64,000 nucleotides of DNA from Candidatus Latescibacterota bacterium (GTDB lineage: Bacteria > Latescibacterota > UBA2968 > UBA8231): positions 2,016,001-2,080,000 of the forward strand of contig CBDFJF010000001.1 in NCBI GenBank assembly GCA_965248265.1, in the 5' to 3' direction. Below, piece after piece: positions 20,074 through 28,834 of the stretch. Position numbers and translations under genes: made by a program. The notes under the pieces are model-generated. The model did not search any database and was not told where the DNA came from. It worked only from the letters and a program-made list of their open reading frames with translations. How positions within the stretch are numbered: the stretch's first letter is position 1; each line of letters begins with the position of its first letter.

Positions 20074-20913
20074 TCATTCACCGCGCTCGTAAAACCGCAA
20101 TTCGGGAATGCTGTCGATCATATTGTGGGCGGCGGCCAGCTGGTAAAACTCTTTCAACCCACTCACCGCTGGCGGCCCCAGATCGTATTGGATGTGATCG
20201 CGAAGATAGCGTTCGTAGAGCTCGCTTGAGCCCGCGCGTTGTCGCTGAAAGTCGACTGCGATGTCGGCGTAGAGAGCTTCCCCCGCTCGCTTTGCAGCGA
20301 TCAAACGCTTGACTTCTGCCGGCTCCAATGCGGCTTCCCGTCCTGCCCAGAAAGCGAATACGAACGCATGACCGGTAAGGTCGAGCCATTCCTGACCCAG
20401 GTCCAGACTACGCCGGTCCGATTGGGCTTCTTCCTCTACCAAAGGCAATACGGGATCCCCTATCAATAGCGCCGCGTCCGCCTGGTGAAGCATGGCGTCT
20501 AGATCAGGTGCCGCGTCATGTAAGACGGGATCCAACCCGTACTTCTCTCTCAATACGATCTGCAGCAGGCCTATCGATGTCTGCGAACTGCGATCGGCGG
20601 CGACGGTGCGAATGCGTTCCAGGGACCCGCGGTAGAAGAGGCGCACGGTGAGCACTTTCCCATTACAACCTATGGCCACATCGGGAACAACGTGGTAACA
20701 GATGTCGCTGGATCCGTACGCGATCGCCGGGATCAGCCCCACGTCGATCCGGCCGGCCGCAAGTTCGGTGCTGCACGCGGAAGGAACGTGGTATGAAAGC
20801 TCAAAGTCGCGACCGAGTCCGCGAACACCATCGCCAGTTAGGGTCGCTGTCAGAGGGCGGGCATTGAGATAACTCACCGCGCCCAGGCGAACCGGAGTGC
20901 GGGGAGCGCTCAC
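20074..20913 (-). CDS. mqnA: Chorismate dehydratase
   Basis: VSYLNARPL, SQTS, ALLIGD, DLGQEW, FVFAFW. Confidence 0.88.
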   Translation of the reverse strand: MSAPRTPVRLGAVSYLNARPLTATLTGDGVRGLGRDFELSYHVPSACSTELAAGRIDVGLIPAIAYGSSDICYHVVPDVAIGCNGKVLTVRLFYRGSLERIRTVAADRSSQTSIGLLQIVLREKYGLDPVLHDAAPDLDAMLHQADAALLIGDPVLPLVEEEAQSDRRSLDLGQEWLDLTGHAFVFAFWAGREAALEPAEVKRLIAAKRAGEALYADIAVDFQRQRAGSSELYERYLRDHIQYDLGPPAVSGLKEFYQLAAAHNMIDSIPELRFYERGE

Positions 20914-22046
20914 GAAGCCTTATTGAGGGCCTGCAACCGTGGACGCGTGGCCACGAGATCGTAGCGGGTGTTGCGCCGCTTCGGCTCGTACCCCGCGTCC
21001 TTGATCAGGCGCTCCATCGCCTCGAGATCCATCTCGTTGGTGTGGCTGGTTCCGGCGGCGCTGACGACGTTCTCCTCGAGCATGGTGCTGCCGAAATCAT
21101 TGATGCCGTAGCGCAGACTGACCTGGGCGATGCGCGGACCCTGCGTTACCCAGGAGGCTTGCAGGCTATCGATGTTGTCGAAGAAGAGGCGGGCGACTGC
21201 AACCGTGCGCAGGTGATCGAAGCCAGTTGCCTTGAAGCCGTGCCAACGCTCGGCGTCGGCGCCCAGGTCAGTGGACTCGGGTTGGAAATTCCACGTGATG
21301 AAAGCGGTAAAGCCTCCAGTCTCATCCTGCAGGTCTCTCAGCAACGCCATGTGTTCCAGGCGATGATCGACCGACTCCACATGACCATACATCATCGTCG
21401 CCGTCGTCCGCATCCCCAGACCATGAGCAACCCGATGCACCTCCAACCACTCCGCCGTGCGGTCTTTGCGAAAACCGATAACATCACGCACCTCGTCATT
21501 GAGGATCTCCGCGCCAGCTCCGGGAATGGAATCCAGTCCAGCCACCTGCAGACGAGTGATGGTTTCTTCAAGCGACAGGCGTGACAGATGGGCGATATAG
21601 ATGATCTCGGTTGCCGATAGGCAGTGCAGTTGGACCATCGGGTAGCGTTGCGCGATCTGTCCGAGCAGGTCTTCGTAGTAATCCAGACGCAGCTTCGGGT
21701 TGAGCCCGCCCTGCATCAGTATCTCGCACGATTTGGGCTCATCACCGCCAAAGGCCACGAGTTCGTCGATCTTGGCGAACACCTCCTCGTGAGGCAGCAC
21801 GTAACCTTCCTCCGACCCCGGTGCCCGGTAGAAGGCACAAAAATCACACTTCACCCAGCACACGTTCGTGTAGTTGATGTTGCGCCCGACGTTGTAGGTA
21901 ACGATCTGATTGTCGTGGCGCCGGTGACGCACCCAGTGCGCCAGCATGCCCAGCTCTGCGAGGTTCGGATGCGCCAACAGACGCCTGGCATCCTCGACCT
22001 CAAGGCGCACCCCGCCGTAGACCTTCTGGGCAATATCGTCGATCAC
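20910..22046 (-). CDS. mqnC: Cyclic dehypoxanthinyl futalosine synthase (radical SAM)
   Basis: NINYTNVCWVKCDFCAF, LMQGG, FTAFITW, QASWVTQG, GSTMLEENVV. Confidence 0.9.
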   Translation of the reverse strand: MIDDIAQKVYGGVRLEVEDARRLLAHPNLAELGMLAHWVRHRRHDNQIVTYNVGRNINYTNVCWVKCDFCAFYRAPGSEEGYVLPHEEVFAKIDELVAFGGDEPKSCEILMQGGLNPKLRLDYYEDLLGQIAQRYPMVQLHCLSATEIIYIAHLSRLSLEETITRLQVAGLDSIPGAGAEILNDEVRDVIGFRKDRTAEWLEVHRVAHGLGMRTTATMMYGHVESVDHRLEHMALLRDLQDETGGFTAFITWNFQPESTDLGADAERWHGFKATGFDHLRTVAVARLFFDNIDSLQASWVTQGPRIAQVSLRYGINDFGSTMLEENVVSAAGTSHTNEMDLEAMERLIKDAGYEPKRRNTRYDLVATRPRLQALNKAS

Positions 22047-23197
22047 CCCGCCGCTTCTCCCGTCATTTCCATGTCAGGGACGATGTTGTAAAGGCTGTCA
22101 CGCTCCACCGGCTTGCGCCCAGCTTCCACGATGCGATCGAGAAGTTGTTGTTGTGTCAGTCGCTGCTGGGTTTCCTCGAAGCTTTGCCGGGTAATCTCGT
22201 AGTCCATGATGGTGCCATCGATGTCGTTGGCGCCGTACCACAGGGCAACCTGCGAGATCTCTATCGTGTTCATGATCCAGAACGTCTTGACGTGCGGAAA
22301 GTTGTCCAGCATCAGGCGACCGATGGCGATCTCTTTCAGATCCAGCGCCCCGGTTGGTCCGGGTAGATGATCAATCTCCGTCCGCTCGGGATGGAAGGAG
22401 AGTGGGATGTAAGCCAGGAATCCGCCGGTTTCGTCCTGTACCTCGCGGAGCCGCGTCAGGTGATAGACCTTCTCTTCCTTGTTCTCGACGTGACCGTACA
22501 GCATCGTCGCGTTCGTGAGCAGGCCCGCCTTGTGTGCGGTGGCGGCGATGCGCAGCCAGTCATCCGAATCACCCTTGGTCCAGAACAGGGTCTCGTGAAC
22601 GCGCTCGCTGAAGACCTCCGCGCCACCACCGGGCAACGACTCAAGTCCGGCCTCCTTCAGATCAGCCAACACCTCCTCCAGCGGCTTTTTGGCGACTCGC
22701 TGTATCTGCGCCAGCTCGATCATCGTGAACGCCTTCAGATGCGCCGCCGGCCGCGCCTCCTTCATCGCCTGCAGGACCTCGAGGTAGTAGGAGTACGGCA
22801 GTTTGGGATTGACGCCCCCCACCATGTGGATTTCCGTGATCGGAGCATCCCCATACTCGAGGACGCGCTGTTGCACTTGTCGCGGTGTCAGCACGTAGCC
22901 CCGCTCGTCCTTCGGCTTTACATAGAAGGAGCAGAACTTGCAGAGCTTGTTGCAGACGTTGGTGTAGTTGATGTGTTGATTGCGCACATAATAGGTGGTG
23001 TCGCCATGCAGCTGCTCGCGCACCCGATTGGCGAGGTAGGCGAGCGCCGGCAGGTCGGGGGATGCGTAGAGGCGCAACCCATCGTCGGCATTGAGACGCT
23101 CGTTGGCGCGAATCTTGGCCTCGATGTCGGCGAGGCCAGCTCGCGCAATCTCCTGCTCAAAAATGGCGCTGCGATTGTCGCGTACGGAAGTTGGCAT
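22043..23197 (-). CDS. mqnE: Aminofutalosine synthase (radical SAM)
   Basis: HINYTNVCNKLCKFCSF, EIHMVGG, PGGGAE, NFPHVKTFWIM, PVERDSLY. Confidence 0.9.
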   Translation of the reverse strand: MPTSVRDNRSAIFEQEIARAGLADIEAKIRANERLNADDGLRLYASPDLPALAYLANRVREQLHGDTTYYVRNQHINYTNVCNKLCKFCSFYVKPKDERGYVLTPRQVQQRVLEYGDAPITEIHMVGGVNPKLPYSYYLEVLQAMKEARPAAHLKAFTMIELAQIQRVAKKPLEEVLADLKEAGLESLPGGGAEVFSERVHETLFWTKGDSDDWLRIAATAHKAGLLTNATMLYGHVENKEEKVYHLTRLREVQDETGGFLAYIPLSFHPERTEIDHLPGPTGALDLKEIAIGRLMLDNFPHVKTFWIMNTIEISQVALWYGANDIDGTIMDYEITRQSFEETQQRLTQQQLLDRIVEAGRKPVERDSLYNIVPDMEMTGEAAG

Positions 23198-23253
23198 GGA
23201 TGAGGTTGGCTTGGATCAGGTGGAGAAGAACATAGGCAAGGCCTCTGCGGTCC

Positions 23254-24069
23254 TCAATTCGCTTTGTGACCCTGGTACACGGCGCAGATGCCGAGAGTCA
23301 ACGAGGTCATCCTCTCTCTATCGAAACCGGCATCCCGCATCAGCCGAAGAAAGCCGTCGGGCTGTGGAAAAGCGGCAACCGATTCAGGCAGGTACGCGTA
23401 GGCCTGACGGTTCCCTGAAATGATACCGCCCAGAACCGGAAGTATGTGCTTGAAATAGAATCGATACAGCTGGCTGAATACGGGAGCGGTAGGCTCGGTA
23501 AACTCGAGTATTACCAGCTCTCCACCCGGTTTGAGGACTCTCCGGGCCTGTGCTAAGCCCACCGAGACATCTCCGAAGTTGCGGACCCCGAAGGCCGCGG
23601 TAACCAGGTCAAAACTGTCGTCGGCGAATGGCAAGCTCTCAGCATCCGCACACAGCAGTGTCATGGGAATCTCTGGAGTTCCAGCCACAGCCGCTGCGCC
23701 AATGTCGGCCGCGACCTGACTCGACCCGTTCGCGCGCGATCCGAGTTTGCTCGACCCGAGTCGTAGCATGTTGAGAGCAACATCAGCACCGACCACGCGC
23801 CGTGGTTTAAGACGCCTCGCGGCTATGGCGAAGTCACCAGTGCCCGTGGCGAGATCCAGCACGCGTGCAGGGCGCTCACCACGGACCAGAGAAAGGGCAC
23901 GACGGCGCCAGTAGAGATCGATACCGGCGCTCAACAAGTGGTTGAGCAGATCGTATCGGGAGGCGATGGCGTTGAACATTCCCTGAACACGTCGTTTGCG
24001 TTCGTGTATCGCATCCTCCGACTCACGGCCTTGCCAGGCATTCAATGCCGACCTGCGCCCATCTGTCAA
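23254..24069 (-). CDS. menG: Demethylmenaquinone methyltransferase (UbiE/MenG)
   Basis: MFNAIASRYDLLNHLLS, LDLATGTGD, AFGVRN, AYAYLPESV. Confidence 0.9.
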   Translation of the reverse strand: MTDGRRSALNAWQGRESEDAIHERKRRVQGMFNAIASRYDLLNHLLSAGIDLYWRRRALSLVRGERPARVLDLATGTGDFAIAARRLKPRRVVGADVALNMLRLGSSKLGSRANGSSQVAADIGAAAVAGTPEIPMTLLCADAESLPFADDSFDLVTAAFGVRNFGDVSVGLAQARRVLKPGGELVILEFTEPTAPVFSQLYRFYFKHILPVLGGIISGNRQAYAYLPESVAAFPQPDGFLRLMRDAGFDRERMTSLTLGICAVYQGHKAN

Positions 24070-24173
24070 TGTGTTCCTGTTCGTGGTATTGTACGATCGA
24101 ATCTGGCCATTTCACCCCGCATCGAACGGTTAATTAGTATAATACCACCCATGCGGAATGACATTTTTTTGTA

Positions 24174-25562
24174 ATGGCTGAATCTGATACCCCCCTTCCC
24201 CGCATCCTGGTCTGCGACGTCGACGACGACGTCCTGGGGTGCATAGCTGCCAGCATCGACGACTCGTCTGTCGATATCGAAGAGGCCGCAGACCGAGAGG
24301 ATTGCCTCGAGCGGCTCGGGCGCCGGGAGTTCGATCTCGTCCTCGTGGACCTGACGGCGGACGGAGAATCCGGCCTCGGATTGCTCGAACAGATTCGCGA
24401 TCGTTTTTCCGAAACACTGGCCATCGCCCTGTCCGGCGCCGCGACCGGCCAGGAGACGGCGGAAACGGCACTGGCCCGGGGGGCCTACGATTTCTTCTCG
24501 CAGCCGACTGACTTAACACGGCTGCGCTGGGTGGTGGATAGAGCCCTGGAGCGTGTTCGGCTGTCGCGAGCCAACCGCGACCTTCGACACCAGCTCGGGC
24601 AACGCAGCGACGATTCCACCACATTTCGCCGGATCGTGCGCTTGAGTCCGGCGATGGAGGCGGTCACCCGCACCGTCAAGCAGGTGGCGCTGACGGATGT
24701 CCCGATCCTGCTTCGCGGAGAAACCGGGGTTGGCAAGGAGCTCACTGCACGCACGATACACGAACGCAGTAAGAGATCGAATGGACCTTTTGTCGCCGTG
24801 AACTGCGGCGGGTTCACGGAGGATCTGTTCTCCTCGGAGCTGTTCGGCCATGTCAGGGGTGCTTTCACCGGAGCCCACGCCGATCGCCCTGGCCGCTTTG
24901 CCATAGCGGAAGCCGGCACCCTGTTTCTCGACGAAATCGGCGAGGTTCCGTTGAAGAACCAGGTTGAGCTGCTGCGTGCTTTGGAATCGAGGGAGTACCA
25001 ACCGCTGGGTGATACACAGGTTCATCAGGCCGATGTGCGTATCATCGCCGCCACCAACCGGGATCTCGAAGCCAGTGTTCAGAGGGGCACCTTCCGCGAC
25101 GATCTGTACTACCGCCTCAACGTGGTACCCATCGACGTCCCGCCTCTGCGGGCCCGCCAAAGTGACATCCCGGTTTTGATCGAGACCTTTCTCGAGGAGG
25201 CCTGTCGCGCCTACGACCAGCCGCTGAAGCGGGTAGACGCCGACACCATGGAAAGCCTCATCCACCATCCATGGCCTGGCAATGTCCGGGAATTGCGCAA
25301 CCTAATCCAACGACTCGTCGTCACCACTCCTGGACCATCGATCCTTCCGCGCCACCTCGACGAGATCTTGGACAATAGCGGCAACAATGATGGAGAGCGG
25401 CACTTCGATGTCGCCGTAGGCTCCACCATAGAAGATGTCGAGGCGGAGTTGATCCGGCAGACCCTGCAGCGGGTCACCTCCAACAGACGGGATGCTGCCT
25501 CGATTCTCGGAATAAGCGTGCGGTCGCTTCAATACAAGTTGAAGAAGTACAAGATCAGGTAG
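24174..25562 (+). CDS. sigma54-dependent response regulator (REC-AAA+-Fis HTH; NtrC/AtoC family)
   Basis: GETGVGKE, SELFGHVRGAFTGA, LFLDEIGE, WPGNVRELRN, C-terminal HTH; N-terminal receiver domain somewhat degenerate. Confidence 0.92.
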   Translation: MAESDTPLPRILVCDVDDDVLGCIAASIDDSSVDIEEAADREDCLERLGRREFDLVLVDLTADGESGLGLLEQIRDRFSETLAIALSGAATGQETAETALARGAYDFFSQPTDLTRLRWVVDRALERVRLSRANRDLRHQLGQRSDDSTTFRRIVRLSPAMEAVTRTVKQVALTDVPILLRGETGVGKELTARTIHERSKRSNGPFVAVNCGGFTEDLFSSELFGHVRGAFTGAHADRPGRFAIAEAGTLFLDEIGEVPLKNQVELLRALESREYQPLGDTQVHQADVRIIAATNRDLEASVQRGTFRDDLYYRLNVVPIDVPPLRARQSDIPVLIETFLEEACRAYDQPLKRVDADTMESLIHHPWPGNVRELRNLIQRLVVTTPGPSILPRHLDEILDNSGNNDGERHFDVAVGSTIEDVEAELIRQTLQRVTSNRRDAASILGISVRSLQYKLKKYKIR

Positions 25563-25631
25563 CCACCCCCTGATATTGCACCGTCCCACCACTTTATCTT
25601 GTTATAACTCCACCCAGATCCCCTGCCAATC

Positions 25632-26051
25632 GTGCAATAATTGCACTTTGGTGATATTACTCACACAACTGAGTTGATCCCACCGCGAAGTAATTTCTTA
25701 TATATAATTTATAAACAACAAGTTATAGTCATTTTATATGCGGTCGGTACCATATTTGCATATACCAGTGCGCGAGGAACCAATGCCGGGGTTGTTGGAA
25801 CCCCCAGCAGTAGTGGGAAAAGCTGGTAAGTGAAGATGTGATATCAACTTATCACGCTAATGGAAACGCCGCACGGTTATACGATTGCGGCGCTTCCGGT
25901 TCGACCAGTGATGCCGCCGATCGTGTTTGATGCAATATTTGCATGCTGCGTTCGGCCTGTTCAAAGCACCTACGTAAGCGGTAAAATGGCAAGTTAGGAA
26001 AGATGTCGAAATTGTCGCTCTGATCTGGCAATTTGGCATGCAATATTTGCA
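25632..26051. promoter_or_regulatory. Three palindromic TGCAA-N3-TTGCA boxes (candidate activator sites)
   Basis: GTGCAATAATTGCAC 25632-25646; ATGCAATATTTGCAT 25930-25944; TGCAATATTTGCA 26039-26051. Confidence 0.65.
25745..25760 (+). promoter_or_regulatory. Candidate sigma54 promoter with an upstream IHF-like site
   Basis: CGGTACCATATTTGCA has GG-N10-GC spacing; AACAACAAGTTA lies in the AT-rich tract near 25714-25725. Confidence 0.55.
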
Positions 26052-26124
26052 CAGTCGCGCGGCCGATACCAAATCAACCGTGCGCCACAGCGGAGATCAG
26101 AGACCACGCAAGACAAGGAGAGAG

Positions 26125-26997
26125 ATGGCTTACTCCATTCAGAACGTCCTGAGAGAGGATGAGAGCACCCTGAGGCGGTATTTCGATGACATCGCGGATT
26201 CCACACCGCTTTCGCGGGAGATGGAAGTGGCGCTTTCTGAGCGCATCCACAAAGGCGATCAGGACGCTCGGGATGAACTGGTCCAGGCCAATCTGCGGTT
26301 CGTCATTGACGTGGCCAAGAATTATCAGAACCGGGGGTTGTCTCTCACCGATCTGATCAGCTCGGGCAACGTCGGCCTCATGACCGCGGCAGAGCGATTC
26401 GACGGGACCAAGGGGTACAAGTTCATCTCCTACGCGGTATGGTGGATCAAGCAGTCGATCCTGCAGAGCATCGCCGATCATGCCCGCACCGTCAGGCTTC
26501 CCCTGAACAAGCTGAGCCTGCTCAAGGACATCACCAAGGCTTCGCGCAAACTGGGTCAGGGCCGCGAGAGTGAGCCGAGAGTGGAGGAAATTGCCGAGCA
26601 CCTCGAGATCTCCTCACAGGAAGTCCTCGATACCATGCTCAGCGCCCGCAGCATCCGATCGTTGGACGAGGAGTTCGAGGAGGGCGACGAACGCAGCCTG
26701 ATGAACACACTGGCTGACGATCGTCAGGATACGCCGGACGTAGACGTGATCGAGTCCTCCGCCAAAAACCATCTCGAGAGCATCCTGCGCTGCCTCGACG
26801 AACGCGAACTCTACATCATCCGCCTGTATTTCGGTCTCGACGGCACCGAGGCATTGACGCTGGAGCAGATCGGCGGACTCATGAACCTGACTAGGGAGCG
26901 GGTCCGTCAGCTCAAGGAGCGAGCACTCGGAAAACTGCGCTCTCCCGAGCGCTATCAAGCCCTGCAAGCCCTGTGTGACGAAACCGAGGTCTTCTAG
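26125..26997 (+). CDS. RpoD/SigA-family sigma70 factor lacking region 1.1
   Basis: ANLRFVIDVAKNYQNRG, GYKFISYAVWWIKQ, LTRERVRQLKE; AAGGAG RBS before ATG 26125. Confidence 0.92.
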   Translation: MAYSIQNVLREDESTLRRYFDDIADSTPLSREMEVALSERIHKGDQDARDELVQANLRFVIDVAKNYQNRGLSLTDLISSGNVGLMTAAERFDGTKGYKFISYAVWWIKQSILQSIADHARTVRLPLNKLSLLKDITKASRKLGQGRESEPRVEEIAEHLEISSQEVLDTMLSARSIRSLDEEFEEGDERSLMNTLADDRQDTPDVDVIESSAKNHLESILRCLDERELYIIRLYFGLDGTEALTLEQIGGLMNLTRERVRQLKERALGKLRSPERYQALQALCDETEVF

Positions 26998-27175
26998 CGA
27001 GCCCGTAAGGCACGCCAGAGACAATCATGCTTGGATTTCTGGGGCTTGGCCTCTGGATTCTGGCGCTTGCGGCTTATTTCCGCGGACGCAAGCAATAGCA
27101 TCCGCCAGCGCGTGATCTGGGGAGGGATCATGTTTCTGAGGTCCCACTGGCAAGCAACATAGCGCTGTAAAAATC

Positions 27176-27217
27176 ACGAGCGGGGCTCAGATTAGAGCGA
27201 GCCCCGCTTGTTTGTTT
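27176..27217 (+). terminator. Rho-independent terminator
   Basis: acgagcggggctc/gagccccgcttgt stem followed by ttgttt. Confidence 0.75.
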
Positions 27218-27247
27218 CTACCTCAACGTTTGCAGCAGGAGAGCCGC

Positions 27248-27811
27248 ATGCCTGAAACCGCGAAGATCTGCGTCTACTGCGGCTCAAAGGCCGGCAAGGC
27301 CGGCTCGGGCTCGACCTATGCGCAAGACGCAGAGGCTCTTGGAAACGCGATCGCGAAGCGCGGATTCGGGCTTGTGTACGGCGGTGGCAACGTCGGCCTT
27401 ATGGGCGTGGTCGCGGAGGCCGTGATGGATGCGGGCGGCGAAACGGTCGGGGTCATTCCCCGGGCACTCGAAGAAAAGGAACTCGCTCACCGGGGTGTTT
27501 CCGAACTCGTCGTGGTCGATGACATGCACCAGCGCAAGGCGATAATGGCACAGCGCTCAGTCGCGTTCGTGGCTTTGCCTGGGGGGTACGGTACGCTGGA
27601 AGAATTGTTCGAGGTGACGGCGTGGGCGCAACTGGGTTTTCACCAGAAGCCGATCGGATTACTGAATACAGACGGTTACTTCGATCACCTGCTCGCCTTC
27701 CTCGACCATGCCACGCGAGAGGAATTCCTCCGTGAACGTCATCGTGCCCTGCTTAGCGTTGAGTCGGATCCGGCTGCCCTCATCGACTCGACGGTAGCAA
27801 GCCTGAGCTGA
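27248..27811 (+). CDS. LOG-family phosphoribohydrolase, short type (TIGR00730-like)
   Basis: CVYCGS, YGGGNVGLMG, MHQRK, PGGYGTLEE; AGGAG RBS. Confidence 0.9.
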   Translation: MPETAKICVYCGSKAGKAGSGSTYAQDAEALGNAIAKRGFGLVYGGGNVGLMGVVAEAVMDAGGETVGVIPRALEEKELAHRGVSELVVVDDMHQRKAIMAQRSVAFVALPGGYGTLEELFEVTAWAQLGFHQKPIGLLNTDGYFDHLLAFLDHATREEFLRERHRALLSVESDPAALIDSTVASLS

Positions 27812-28594
27812 TCAGAGATTTTTCAGCCTATCTCGCAAGCGGGCGGCTGTCTCGAACTCCTCTCCCTCGATGGCCTGCTGAAGCTCCCTCTCCAGCGTTT
27901 CTTTTTCGCTCAGTGGACGCCGGTCACAGAATTCCCGTTCCAACTCATCGAGTGCTTCGCGTGAACGCTCCAGTTCGGAGAAGAACTCCTCTGCATCCAC
28001 CTCCGGAAGCGCGTCGATCTGCCCCCTCACCTCAGTGACGATTCCGAGCGCCTCGTCATACTGGTCCTCGTCCGCCTTGACCATCGCTCGGGCCGTGCCA
28101 TTGATTCGCAGGATATATGGCCACCACTTCTGCAGATTCATGCGGTCATCCTCATGGGCCGCGTAGCGGTGGACAAAACGGAATAACTCCATATTCCGCT
28201 CGGTATCGCGGATGACCCGATCATATTCCTTGAGCTGTAGCAGAAACACGTAGCGACCATAAACTCGAGCGCCTTCGTCGAACAGCTCCTGGCAGGATTC
28301 CCGATTCAACTCAAACCCCTCGGTCTCATCCCGCTGTGCACGGTGGCTCTCCAGAGAAGCGAGGTAGTAATCCAGGACGAAATCGGCATCATGTGGCCGC
28401 TTTCCGTCCGGCCGGCCATCCAGGTTCAGCTGCAGAATACCCTGGAAGGCGCCCTGGTCGACTCGAATCTGAATCTTGGGGATACCGTCCTCACCGACAA
28501 ATTTTCTCACATTCGAGTCCGGATTGTACTCCCACTCAGTGAGAATCGAGATGATGTCTTTTTCGCTGCCCTTGTTGTCGTTCTCAATATCCAT
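27812..28594 (-). CDS. Conserved protein with C-terminal UVR motif, paralog 2
   Basis: KIQIRVDQG...LQLNLDGRPDGKRPH and LQQAIEGEEFETAARLRDRL; aligns by eye with 6079-6861. Confidence 0.75.
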   Translation of the reverse strand: MDIENDNKGSEKDIISILTEWEYNPDSNVRKFVGEDGIPKIQIRVDQGAFQGILQLNLDGRPDGKRPHDADFVLDYYLASLESHRAQRDETEGFELNRESCQELFDEGARVYGRYVFLLQLKEYDRVIRDTERNMELFRFVHRYAAHEDDRMNLQKWWPYILRINGTARAMVKADEDQYDEALGIVTEVRGQIDALPEVDAEEFFSELERSREALDELEREFCDRRPLSEKETLERELQQAIEGEEFETAARLRDRLKNL

Positions 28595-28834
28595 CTCGCG
28601 CCATCCTTTCGACGCAGTCACAGATACGCGTCGTAAAAGGGTTTACACGGCGAAACGATACCCCTGCTCTGATCGAATGTCAACCAACCTGATCGCCCGA
28701 CGACCTGCGACTTGGAGATTTCCGTTTTTGCCTTGACAGTCTTGCCGCTTGGGGCCAGGTTTGGATGACAATTTTGTTGGTTTCTGTGTCTGGAAAGACA
28801 TTTATGTCTTTTTTAATCGGGTGACGGTGGAGAG

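Noticed and set aside
20910-23197. Radical SAM genes as maturases for the peptide cluster
   Set aside because: They are clearly MqnC and MqnE in a menaquinone operon more than 25 kb away.
26034-26051. sigma54 promoter TGGCATGCAATATTTGC before the sigma factor gene
   Set aside because: GG-to-GC spacing is 12, not 10; better explained as the third palindromic box.
8728-27811. Cytokinin production inferred from two LOG genes
   Set aside because: LOG proteins are widespread nucleotide phosphoribohydrolases; no supporting context here.
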